In this document: positions 27,469 through 37,052 of the stretch, piece after piece | How the letters are laid out: each line of letters starts with the position of its first letter | Position numbering within the stretch: position 1 is the stretch's first letter | Assembly (NCBI GenBank): GCA_963704655.1 | Contig: OY969927.1 | Span: 256,001 to 320,000 of the forward strand | Source of the DNA: an uncultured Candidatus Babeliaceae bacterium | GTDB lineage: Bacteria > Babelota > Babeliae > Babelales > Babelaceae | Direction: 5' to 3' | DNA length: 64,000 bases | The notes under the pieces: model-generated | Told to the model about the DNA's origin: nothing | Seen by the model: the letters and a program-made list of their open reading frames with translations, nothing else | Database searches by the model: none | Translations under genes and position numbers: made by a program

Positions 27469-30400
27469 ATGAAGCAGATATTGTACACACTTTTGTTTTT
27501 TGGTTACGTAACGGCTAATATGGCAGAGCAGGAAAATGCTCTTGTCCCCCTGTATCGAATTGATGAAGATACCCAAGAAATCGATCTTGAACCATTTGGC
27601 TATTTTGTTATGGGTAACCGGTTTTGCACCACGGCACCCTATTATACCTTATTGTTACCACCAGCAATAGGTTTGCCCAATCAAGTTCTTGGTCTTGAAA
27701 ACAGTACTTCGGGGCAAATGACGTGGTTGACAACTGTGACCAGCTCAAATCAGCTCAATTTGATTTATAGCGCAACTTCATGTGATGTTCCATTGACGCT
27801 CATATTGCGTGACAACAATGGCAGCTTTGTAGCAACCACTATTACGCTTACGGGCGATAGTTTAATCAATTATGGTTCTGGCCCATGCACCGGTCAAAGC
27901 TTTATTCTTGCACCAACGCAAGGTAATACCATTATTGGTTTAAATACCGGCACTGCTATAACAACCGGTACGAATAATATTTATCTTGGTGCCAATATTA
28001 ATAATGGTAATGAAGGCGGCGCTATCCGTATAGGTAAACAAGGCGCGCAAATTGCTGCATATATTGCCGGTATTTATAATAACTTACAAGTTGGTGAACC
28101 GGTAGTTGTTACCAGCAGCGGCCAACTTGGCGTGGGTTCATATTCAAATCTCATTAACACCGCAACATCATGTGACAATGCATTAACACTTGTGCTGCGC
28201 GACAGCACCGGCAGCTTTGCAGCAACTACAATCACACTCACGGGAAACAGTTTAATTAATTACAGCACAATTGGCGGATGCGATAAGGGTGAAGGCTTTA
28301 TCTTTGCGCCAACAAATCAAAATACTCTTATCGGTTTGAATGCGGGGAATAATAATACGCTTACCGGTACAAGTAATATAGCACTTGGTTATGATGCTCT
28401 TGCAAGTATCACCGCAGGTTTTGACAATATCGCCATTGGTGCATTTGCTGGACAAAGTCTTATAGGTGGAGAGGGTGAAAATAGCTCTTATATTTTTAAT
28501 GGCGCAGCAGATAATATCGCTATTGGTGCAGGCGCATTAGCATCAACGCAACAAGGTTTTTCTAATGTTGCTATAGGAACTTCGGCATTGATGACCGGAA
28601 CAGATTTGGTGGTAAATGGTGGCATCTTTGCTGGAACTTATCCGATGCAATATAATGTTGCCATTGGGTATCAAGCGTCGATGAATGCAATTGCTTATCA
28701 GTTTTTTGGAGATTCAATTCTTGACCCACAACCAGAACCAATTATTAATACTGCAATAGGAAGTTTTGCCTTAACAAATAATATATCGGGCAATGTTAAT
28801 ACCGCCGTTGGCAACAGCGCATTAAGCGCTAATGTAATTGGAAGTTTTAATACCGCAGTGGGCGATTCGGCATTAAGTGCAAATGTTGATGCAGGAGATA
28901 ATACAGCGGTTGGTGTTTCGGCACTATTAACGGTTACTTCTGGTGGTAACAATACCGCAATTGGAGCAAACGCAGATGTTAATGATCAGTATGCACAAAA
29001 CAGAACTGTTATAGGCGCAGGGGCTTCTGGTACCGTTGATAACAGTGTCATGCTCGGTAATAGAGATATACAGTATATTATGCCAGGCGGCCTTGATAAC
29101 AGTACAGATCTTGGCTATGCACCAAGTAATCTTTTCAATAATGTGCAGGCAAAACAGCTTAATATTTATGACAGCAGTGATACAAACTATGCTGGCATTA
29201 ATGCGTACCCTTTAGGATATGCGTATACGTACACCTTACAAATGCCTATTAACCAGGGTTCTGAAAATCAGATGCTTTTTACCGATGGTAATAACCCAGC
29301 GCAACTTTATTGGTCAACAGTTCCAACTCCTACACTACTTACCCATGCAACAAGTGCCGATGTTCCAAATACACTCGTATTGCGTGATGGAACAGGGTCT
29401 TTTGATACCTATACCATCTCACTTGATTGCAGTTTAAAGCTCCCAGCAACAACGGCAACCTGTGGACAAATACAGCTTAATAACCAACCATTTATGCATG
29501 CTTATGGCACACAAAATGCCTTTTTAGGAACCAATGCAGGAAATTTTATATCCACAGGAGCATACAATATCGGTATTGGATATCAAGCTCTTTTTAATAA
29601 CACCAATGGGCAATCTAATGTCGCCATTGGCGCAAGTGCGCTTCAGGCAAACACCAGTGGGCAATCTAATGTCGCCATTGGCGTAAGTGCGCTTCAGGCA
29701 AACATCAGTGGTAATGAAAATATTGCCATTGGCGCAAGTGCGCTTCAAACTAACACAAATGGGTTCGCAAATATTGCCATTGGTGCATCTGCACTTTTAA
29801 GTAATACCAATGGCTCAAATAATATTGCATTAGGTTTGGCAGCGCTTTCAAATAATAATGGATATCAAAATATTGCCATTGGCACCGCCAGTCTTGAAAA
29901 TAACAGCAGCGGAAATGATAATATAGCAATTGGCAATACCAGCCTTCTTGCCAATATAACAGGAAGTGAACAAGTTGCTATTGGCTCAAATGCGCTCCAC
30001 AACAATACCACGGGGATAAATAATGTTGCTATTGGTTATCAAACTCTTCAAACAAATACTTCTGGATCAAATAATACAGCTTTAGGGTATGAAGCAAATG
30101 TTGGTAGCAAAAACCTTACTAATGCAACAGCAATTGGTGCACAAGCAATTGTCAATGCAAGCAACACTATTGTTCTTGGCAACAGTAGCGTAACTAATAT
30201 ACTTCCTGGAAACGATAGAACCGTTGATTTTGGTAGCAGCGCCGTTCGCTTAAATACTCTACATGCATTAACTGACCGGTTATATGACACCAATAATAAT
30301 TATGCGGCACTTACAGCGCCAATTGCAAATTATTCTCCAGGGTCTTATACGCTTCAACTTCCACTTTATCAAGGTTCTGCTAATCAAGTATTAAGCACAG

Positions 30401-33400
30401 ACGGTAATACCCCTGCGCAACTTTCATGGGTAACAACACTCACTAATAGTGCACAACTTAATTTGCTCTATACCGCAACTTCATGCGACAACGCATTGGC
30501 ACTTGTGCTGCGCGACAGCACCGGCAGCTTTGCAGCAACAACTATTACGCTCACGGGCAACAGTTTAATTAATTATAGCTCTGTTGGCGGATGCGATACT
30601 GGCCAAAGCTTTATTCTTGCACCAACGCAAGGTAATACCATTATTGGTTTAAATACCGGCACTGCTATAACAACCGGTACGAATAATATTTATCTTGGTG
30701 CCAATATCAATAATGGCAATGAAGGCGGCGCTATCCGTATAGGTAAACAAGGCGCGCAAATTGCTGCATATATTGCCGGTATTTATAATAACTTACAAGT
30801 GGGTGAACCGGTGGTTGTTACTAGCAGCGGCCAACTTGGTGTGGGTTCATACTCAAATCTCATTAACACGGCAACATCATGTGACAATATATTGTCGCTG
30901 GTTCTGCGTGACAGCACGGGCAGCTTTGTAGCAACAACTATTACGCTCACGGGCAACAGTTTGATTAATTATAGCTCTGTTGGCGGATGCGACAGCGGCG
31001 CCGGCTTTGTCTTTGCGCCGACACATCAAAACACTATTATTGGTCTTAATGCAGGTAATAGTAATAACTTAACTGGAACATCAAATGTTGCACTTGGTTA
31101 TCAAGCGCTTGCAAACAATATCACTGGGTATAATAACACTGCACTCGGGTTTGGCACGCTTGCAACCAATACTAATAAGAGCAACAACGTTGCTATCGGT
31201 ACCAACGCAATGGCCTCAGCTAATCCGTTGTTTGGAAACTCTGTTGCAATTGGCTATCAAGCACTTGCTCATGATCTTTCTGGCTACAACGTTGCCGTTG
31301 GCTCACAAGCATTAAGTGCAAATACTAGCGGATATGAAAATACAGCAGTTGGCACATTTGCTTTACAAGACAATAACTCAGGGACAGGAAACAGCGCATT
31401 TGGTGCTTCTGCGTTATCAGCAAATACATCCGGCGGTTCAAATACCGCAATTGGCACTTTGGCACTCAATGCTAATATGATTGGTAATTATAATACTGCA
31501 GTTGGTTCGCAAGCAATGTACGCAACAACAGCTGGTTATTATAATACCGCGCTTGGAATTAATGCGATGAACAGCGCACAGGCTTCTCATGACGTTGCTA
31601 TTGGATATAATTCATTAGGACTAGATAGTGCAGGGTTTAATGTAGCTGTTGGAGAGGCAACTTTATCTAACATAATAACGGGAACTTACAATGTTGCACT
31701 TGGTTATGAAGCTGGCGTAAACGCAGGAACAAGCACTTCAAATAGTATTTATATTGCAAATCAAGGTAATTCAACTGATAGTAACGTTACGTATATCGGT
31801 ACACAAGGAACGCAAACTGCTGCATATGTTGCGGGCATTTACAATAACTTACAAGTGGGTGAACCGGTGGTTGTTACCAGCAGCGGCCAACTTGGCATAG
31901 GTTCGTACTCAAATCTTATTAACACGGCAACATCATGTGACAATGCATTAACACTCGTTCTACGCGACAGCACCGGCAGCTTTGCAGCAACAACCGTCAC
32001 ACTCACCGGTAACAGTTTAATAAATTACAGCTCTATTGGTGGTTGTGGTATTGGACAAGGCTTTGTCTGGGCGCCAACAAACCAAAACACTATTATCGGG
32101 TTAGGTGCAGGTAATAATAATGTCCTTACAGGAACATCAAACATTGCTCTTGGCTACCAAGCACTTGCAAATGCAAAAACTATCAATAACTTTGACAATA
32201 TCGCTATCGGTGCATTTACTCTTACAGCAACTGCTGTATTGGGTGACAATATAGCTATCGGTGTAAATGCGCTTTCAAGTGCAAACTATTCTGGTGGACA
32301 GCAGATTGCTATAGGCACAAATAATTTAGCATTAAATACAACAGGGACAGCAAATATTGCAATAGGCTACGAGGTGCTTGATGCAAATACCGTTGGTTCA
32401 TCAAATGTTGGTGTTGGATTTATGGCTTTAGGAAACAATGTGAGTGGTAATGACAACACAGCAATTGGAACGCTAGCACTGTATAATAATACGACAAGTC
32501 AATTAACTGCCGTCGGTTCTGGAGCATTATATAACAATACTTCTGGTAGTGATAATGTTGCCATTGGATATTACGCATTAAATGCAAATACAACCGGCCA
32601 AAACAATGTTGCAGTAGGCAATCAAGCATTATCGGTTAGCGTTAATAATAACGGCAATACCGCAGTTGGAACAAATGCGTTACAAAATAATATCACTTTG
32701 CGCCTTACGGCAGTCGGTGCTAACGCATTGCAACATAATACTTCCGGCATTCAAAATGTCGCTGTTGGGTATAATGCATTAACTGCAAATACTACCGGCA
32801 CGAATAACGTAGCAGTTGGTTACAACGCGCTTTCAGAAAATTTAATCGGAACGTCTAATATCGCCATTGGTTATCAAGCACTTACAGCAAATACCGCCGG
32901 CGATGACAATATCGGTATCGGAACAAATGCATTAGTTAATGCACAAGGAAATAGAAATGTGGCAATGGGCTCCAGTGCATTCCAGACGATAAGTGGAAAT
33001 ACAGCATCAGATAACGTTGCTTTAGGTTATTATGCGCTTATTGTCTCGACTACAGGTCAAAGCGTTGCTATCGGCTCTGGTGCGTTAGCCGCTAATACTT
33101 TTGGAACTCAAAATACCGCTGTTGGCTATTATGCGCTTAATGCGAATATTACTGGAACATCGAATGTCGCGCTTGGCTATCAAGCTTTAGCAAATGCTAA
33201 AACCATAAACAACTTTGATAATATCGCAATTGGCGCATTTACACTTTCGGGAACCGCTGTTCTTGGTGATAATATTGCAATAGGTGTAAATGCGCTTTCA
33301 AATGCAAACTATAACCAAGCTAATCAGATAGCAATTGGTTCAGGCGCATTGCAAAATAACACATCTGGCTTTCAGAATACTGCTGTTGGGTATCAAGCAC

Positions 33401-35394
33401 TTAACTCATTAACCACATCAACAGCAAATACCGCAATTGGTTATCGTGCATTACAAAATGTTACTACACGTTTTGGTGGGCACGTTGCTCTGGGAAGTTT
33501 AACGTTAACGTCACTTTCTGGTGGCGGCCAAGGAAACACGGGTATTGGCTCAAGTGCGTTTACCCAATTAACCACGGGAAGCATCAATACGGCACTTGGT
33601 TTTAATGCGGGCAATAGCTTAACTACTGGAACAGGAAATATTATCATTGGCGCCTATACCGCGCAAGGTTTAACCTCTGGAGCAAATAACATTATCATCG
33701 GCCAGGGTGCAGTTGCAGCAGCATCAACAGCAAGTAATAATACTATTATCGGTACACTTGTAGGTGTTAATAGTACCTCAAGCAATAATGCTGTAGTTGG
33801 GTATCAAGCATTGCAAAATGATACCGCAGGAAACCAAGTTGCTGTTGGATACCAAGCAATGCAAAGTAATACAGCCGGTATACAGAATACTGCTGTTGGC
33901 TATTATGCGCTTAATGCGAATATTACTGGAACATCAAACGTTGCTATTGGATTTAGGGCACTTGCAAATGCTAATACCATAAATAACTTTGACAATATCG
34001 CAATTGGTGCATTTACTTTAACAAGCACAACAGCTTTTGGTGATAATGTTGCAATTGGCGCAAATGCATTAGCAAGCCCGAATTATTATAATCTTATAAG
34101 CGCGTTACCAACTTTTCCTGGAGGGCAGCAAGTTGCTATCGGCTCAGGCGCTTTACAGAATAACACGAATGGTTTTTTTAATACCGCAATAGGATATTAT
34201 GCATTACAAGCAAATACAGAGGGGTTTGGTAATACTGCCGTTGGTTACCAAGCATTAGTCAATACCAATGGTCCAGGCTTTCCAACTCTAACAGGTTGTT
34301 ATAATGTTGGTTTAGGGGCTGAAGTGCTTCAAAATAATACCACCGGCGCTAGAAATACCGCTGTTGGTTATAGTGCACTGCAACTTTCTACTACTGTATC
34401 TGACAATACCGCAGTTGGTTATGGTGCACTTTCTGGAACACTCACAGGAGGATCAACAGCAATTGGTAGCTCGGCACTAATTGAAAATACTACAGGTATT
34501 CAAAATACTGCAGTTGGATATTCTGCACTTAAGGGAAATACAATTGGCAATAGCAATACCGTATTAGGGTATAATGCAGGAGCTGATTTTACGACAGGTA
34601 GCCAAAATACCTTTATAGGTTACAGTGCCGGAATTGGAGGTGTAAACCCAACTGGATCATTTAATACAATAGTTGGTTCTTCTGCAGGTTCATTAATTAC
34701 AACAGGAACATGCAATATTATTATTGGACAAAGTAGCGCCGTAAATTTAAGCTCCGGCTCGAATAACGTGATAATTGGTCAAGGTGCAGCAAGCGCAATT
34801 ACTACAGGGACTAATAACATTATCATTGGAAACTTAGCACTTTCGGGAAATGTAGCAGCTAACATCAATAATAGTATCATTATCGGAGACCCAAACCCTG
34901 GTTTTGCTGCAGGATCTAGCGGTAATATTCAAATTGGTTTTTTTACGGGTAATCCCGCTGCAACAGTATGTTATATCGATGGCATCTATGGAAAAGCTGG
35001 AAGCGGAAATGCTGTGTCATGTACAACTTCTGGTCAATTAGTAGCACCAAGCTCATCCAAAAAATATAAAGAAAATGTTATAAATTTAACAAATATCTCA
35101 GAAAATATTTTTAAATTACGTCCTATAAGTTTTAATTATATTGCTGATACTAAAAAAGAAATCGCTTATGGGCTTCTTGCTGAAGAAGTCGAAGAAGTTT
35201 TACCAGAGTTGATTGTTAAAACTGAACAAGGCGTAACAGATTCTGTAAAATATCTTTACTTACCAATTTTGATGCTTAATGAGCAGCAAAAAGATCATGC
35301 ACGCATTGTGGCCCTTGAAAAAGAGAATGTTCTGATGCGCGGACAGATTTATGATCTTCAAGTAAAAATAGAGAAGTTACTTGCACAGGCATAA
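27469..35394 (+). CDS. Giant fibre/adhesin-like protein 4 with C-terminal Peptidase_S74; different N-terminus, no triplet shaft
   Basis: ATG 27469 has AAGGA RBS and starts MKQILYTLLFFGYVTA; LRDxxGSF linkers; NxAxG repeats; SSKKYK...YGLLAEEV. Confidence 0.88.
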   Translation: MKQILYTLLFFGYVTANMAEQENALVPLYRIDEDTQEIDLEPFGYFVMGNRFCTTAPYYTLLLPPAIGLPNQVLGLENSTSGQMTWLTTVTSSNQLNLIYSATSCDVPLTLILRDNNGSFVATTITLTGDSLINYGSGPCTGQSFILAPTQGNTIIGLNTGTAITTGTNNIYLGANINNGNEGGAIRIGKQGAQIAAYIAGIYNNLQVGEPVVVTSSGQLGVGSYSNLINTATSCDNALTLVLRDSTGSFAATTITLTGNSLINYSTIGGCDKGEGFIFAPTNQNTLIGLNAGNNNTLTGTSNIALGYDALASITAGFDNIAIGAFAGQSLIGGEGENSSYIFNGAADNIAIGAGALASTQQGFSNVAIGTSALMTGTDLVVNGGIFAGTYPMQYNVAIGYQASMNAIAYQFFGDSILDPQPEPIINTAIGSFALTNNISGNVNTAVGNSALSANVIGSFNTAVGDSALSANVDAGDNTAVGVSALLTVTSGGNNTAIGANADVNDQYAQNRTVIGAGASGTVDNSVMLGNRDIQYIMPGGLDNSTDLGYAPSNLFNNVQAKQLNIYDSSDTNYAGINAYPLGYAYTYTLQMPINQGSENQMLFTDGNNPAQLYWSTVPTPTLLTHATSADVPNTLVLRDGTGSFDTYTISLDCSLKLPATTATCGQIQLNNQPFMHAYGTQNAFLGTNAGNFISTGAYNIGIGYQALFNNTNGQSNVAIGASALQANTSGQSNVAIGVSALQANISGNENIAIGASALQTNTNGFANIAIGASALLSNTNGSNNIALGLAALSNNNGYQNIAIGTASLENNSSGNDNIAIGNTSLLANITGSEQVAIGSNALHNNTTGINNVAIGYQTLQTNTSGSNNTALGYEANVGSKNLTNATAIGAQAIVNASNTIVLGNSSVTNILPGNDRTVDFGSSAVRLNTLHALTDRLYDTNNNYAALTAPIANYSPGSYTLQLPLYQGSANQVLSTDGNTPAQLSWVTTLTNSAQLNLLYTATSCDNALALVLRDSTGSFAATTITLTGNSLINYSSVGGCDTGQSFILAPTQGNTIIGLNTGTAITTGTNNIYLGANINNGNEGGAIRIGKQGAQIAAYIAGIYNNLQVGEPVVVTSSGQLGVGSYSNLINTATSCDNILSLVLRDSTGSFVATTITLTGNSLINYSSVGGCDSGAGFVFAPTHQNTIIGLNAGNSNNLTGTSNVALGYQALANNITGYNNTALGFGTLATNTNKSNNVAIGTNAMASANPLFGNSVAIGYQALAHDLSGYNVAVGSQALSANTSGYENTAVGTFALQDNNSGTGNSAFGASALSANTSGGSNTAIGTLALNANMIGNYNTAVGSQAMYATTAGYYNTALGINAMNSAQASHDVAIGYNSLGLDSAGFNVAVGEATLSNIITGTYNVALGYEAGVNAGTSTSNSIYIANQGNSTDSNVTYIGTQGTQTAAYVAGIYNNLQVGEPVVVTSSGQLGIGSYSNLINTATSCDNALTLVLRDSTGSFAATTVTLTGNSLINYSSIGGCGIGQGFVWAPTNQNTIIGLGAGNNNVLTGTSNIALGYQALANAKTINNFDNIAIGAFTLTATAVLGDNIAIGVNALSSANYSGGQQIAIGTNNLALNTTGTANIAIGYEVLDANTVGSSNVGVGFMALGNNVSGNDNTAIGTLALYNNTTSQLTAVGSGALYNNTSGSDNVAIGYYALNANTTGQNNVAVGNQALSVSVNNNGNTAVGTNALQNNITLRLTAVGANALQHNTSGIQNVAVGYNALTANTTGTNNVAVGYNALSENLIGTSNIAIGYQALTANTAGDDNIGIGTNALVNAQGNRNVAMGSSAFQTISGNTASDNVALGYYALIVSTTGQSVAIGSGALAANTFGTQNTAVGYYALNANITGTSNVALGYQALANAKTINNFDNIAIGAFTLSGTAVLGDNIAIGVNALSNANYNQANQIAIGSGALQNNTSGFQNTAVGYQALNSLTTSTANTAIGYRALQNVTTRFGGHVALGSLTLTSLSGGGQGNTGIGSSAFTQLTTGSINTALGFNAGNSLTTGTGNIIIGAYTAQGLTSGANNIIIGQGAVAAASTASNNTIIGTLVGVNSTSSNNAVVGYQALQNDTAGNQVAVGYQAMQSNTAGIQNTAVGYYALNANITGTSNVAIGFRALANANTINNFDNIAIGAFTLTSTTAFGDNVAIGANALASPNYYNLISALPTFPGGQQVAIGSGALQNNTNGFFNTAIGYYALQANTEGFGNTAVGYQALVNTNGPGFPTLTGCYNVGLGAEVLQNNTTGARNTAVGYSALQLSTTVSDNTAVGYGALSGTLTGGSTAIGSSALIENTTGIQNTAVGYSALKGNTIGNSNTVLGYNAGADFTTGSQNTFIGYSAGIGGVNPTGSFNTIVGSSAGSLITTGTCNIIIGQSSAVNLSSGSNNVIIGQGAASAITTGTNNIIIGNLALSGNVAANINNSIIIGDPNPGFAAGSSGNIQIGFFTGNPAATVCYIDGIYGKAGSGNAVSCTTSGQLVAPSSSKKYKENVINLTNISENIFKLRPISFNYIADTKKEIAYGLLAEEVEEVLPELIVKTEQGVTDSVKYLYLPILMLNEQQKDHARIVALEKENVLMRGQIYDLQVKIEKLLAQA

Positions 35395-35409
35395 AGATAA
35401 CCTTGTTAT

Positions 35410-35450
35410 AAAAAAAAAGGGGCCGTGGACAAATCCACGGCCCCTCTTTT
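35410..35450. terminator. Bidirectional intrinsic terminator
   Basis: A-run, GGGGCCGTGGA-caaa-TCCACGGCCCC, T-rich tail, between convergent genes. Confidence 0.9.
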
Positions 35451-35470
35451 GTGAGCGTTCATTAACTAAA

Positions 35471-36829
35471 TTAACTGTTGGTACAATTATTGCTGCATAT
35501 TTGGGTCACAGTTGTACTTTCAGCCAGTGAAACATTATTGTAAGCATCAATAGCAACAACATAGTAGGTATTTGATGGCGGGTTGACGGTGTAATCTATA
35601 TATTGATAGATTGTTGATGGCACGGATGCTACCAGTTCTGTCAGCGCTGCATCATAATAAATATTATATGATACCGGTGGATTAATCTCACTTGCCGGTG
35701 CTGACCACTTGATTACATTTGATAGAGAAATCGGTTGATTAAGGGCTATCGTTTTTTGCATGCAGGAAGATACATTTTGTGGCGCGTTAGTAAGTACCGT
35801 TCTTAGTGTAGATACGCTGTTGCCCGTATAATTGGCTACGTAGGCATAATAGTTATCTGGGTGTATAACTAATGCAATTGGTCCTGAAAATCCTGGAACT
35901 GTTGTTATAACTGTTGGGTTTGCCGGGTTCATGAGATTAAGCGCGGTAACAGAGTTGGTAGATTCATCACATACATAAGCGTATAATCCACTGGGGGTTA
36001 CGGCAATAGCAGTTGGGTTGCTAACGGCAACTGATGCGCCAACTACAGGTGTTGTAGGGTCAGAAAGATTAAGTGTGGTAACAGCGTTTCCACTTTGGTT
36101 GCATACATATGCGTAATTACCTGATGGGTGAATGGCAATTGCAACGGGGTTGTTAATAGTTACAGAATTGCCAGCTGTTGGGCTTGCAGGGGTTGTTAAA
36201 TCTTGAACAAGAACCACATTATCAACTGCGTCGCACACATAGGCATATTGACCACTTGGAATTATTGCCATGGCAGCAGGGTTATTAACAGTAGTAAAGG
36301 TATTGTATGCGCTTGCTGATTCAGGAGTTGAATAGAAAATTACATAGCCGGTGTTGCTTGATTCATTGAGTACATACAGATAATAACCGGCACCAGGGTA
36401 CATTGCGGTTACTACTGGTGTAACCAATGATGGAAATGTATAAAAAATTCCATATGATGGTTCAGCAGGATCTGTGAACGCGAAGTAATATATAATGCCT
36501 GTTGCACCATTGTTAGTGCCTATATAACCATATTGGCCCCCGTATAATCCGCCGGGTATAATAGTTAGGTTGCTCGTTGGTTCTAAAGGAAATGTAATGT
36601 AATAACCAACGATACTTGGTGCTGCAGGATTTGTTAGATCAAGACTATTAAGTGCTGGAGTGCTTGAAATAGTATCTATCACATACGCAAAGTCACCTTG
36701 TGGGCGTATGGCAATTGTGCTTGGGGTATCTAATGGGCCTGCTGTATTGACAATGGTATTTGGTGGGTTAAGAGCATAGACAATGTTTGATAATGTCACT
36801 AGCGCACTTAAAAATATTTTTTTATTCAT
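35471..36829 (-). CDS. Secreted beta-propeller protein (YVTN/lactonase-like) with C-terminal FN3-like domain
   Basis: Signal peptide; repeated PxAIAIxPxGxYAYVxN blades; IKWSAP...SYNIY...YYVVAIDAYNNVS. Confidence 0.85.
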   Translation of the reverse strand: MNKKIFLSALVTLSNIVYALNPPNTIVNTAGPLDTPSTIAIRPQGDFAYVIDTISSTPALNSLDLTNPAAPSIVGYYITFPLEPTSNLTIIPGGLYGGQYGYIGTNNGATGIIYYFAFTDPAEPSYGIFYTFPSLVTPVVTAMYPGAGYYLYVLNESSNTGYVIFYSTPESASAYNTFTTVNNPAAMAIIPSGQYAYVCDAVDNVVLVQDLTTPASPTAGNSVTINNPVAIAIHPSGNYAYVCNQSGNAVTTLNLSDPTTPVVGASVAVSNPTAIAVTPSGLYAYVCDESTNSVTALNLMNPANPTVITTVPGFSGPIALVIHPDNYYAYVANYTGNSVSTLRTVLTNAPQNVSSCMQKTIALNQPISLSNVIKWSAPASEINPPVSYNIYYDAALTELVASVPSTIYQYIDYTVNPPSNTYYVVAIDAYNNVSLAESTTVTQICSNNCTNS

Positions 36830-36980
36830 AGGTTTTTTCCTTTGTTTTTTGAATACATGCTTGATAGAAAGTTACCTAATAGCAGCTTTACAAGTCAAGT
36901 TGCATAAGGATTTTCTGCGTTCTGATAATTTACGGTGTCGTTTATACGCAAATACATTAAGAGCTGTTATTGATTATGTA

Positions 36981-37052
36981 TTGACTCATGTCATATTTGC
37001 ATGTTAATAACAACTACAATATCTACATTTTAAAAAAAGAGAGTTAGTAGTT
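36981..37052 (+). promoter_or_regulatory. Conserved fibre-gene leader, copy 4
   Basis: TTGAC-N16-TGTTAATAACAACTACAATATCTACATTTT-A7-GAGAGTTAGTAGTT-ATG. Confidence 0.8.
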
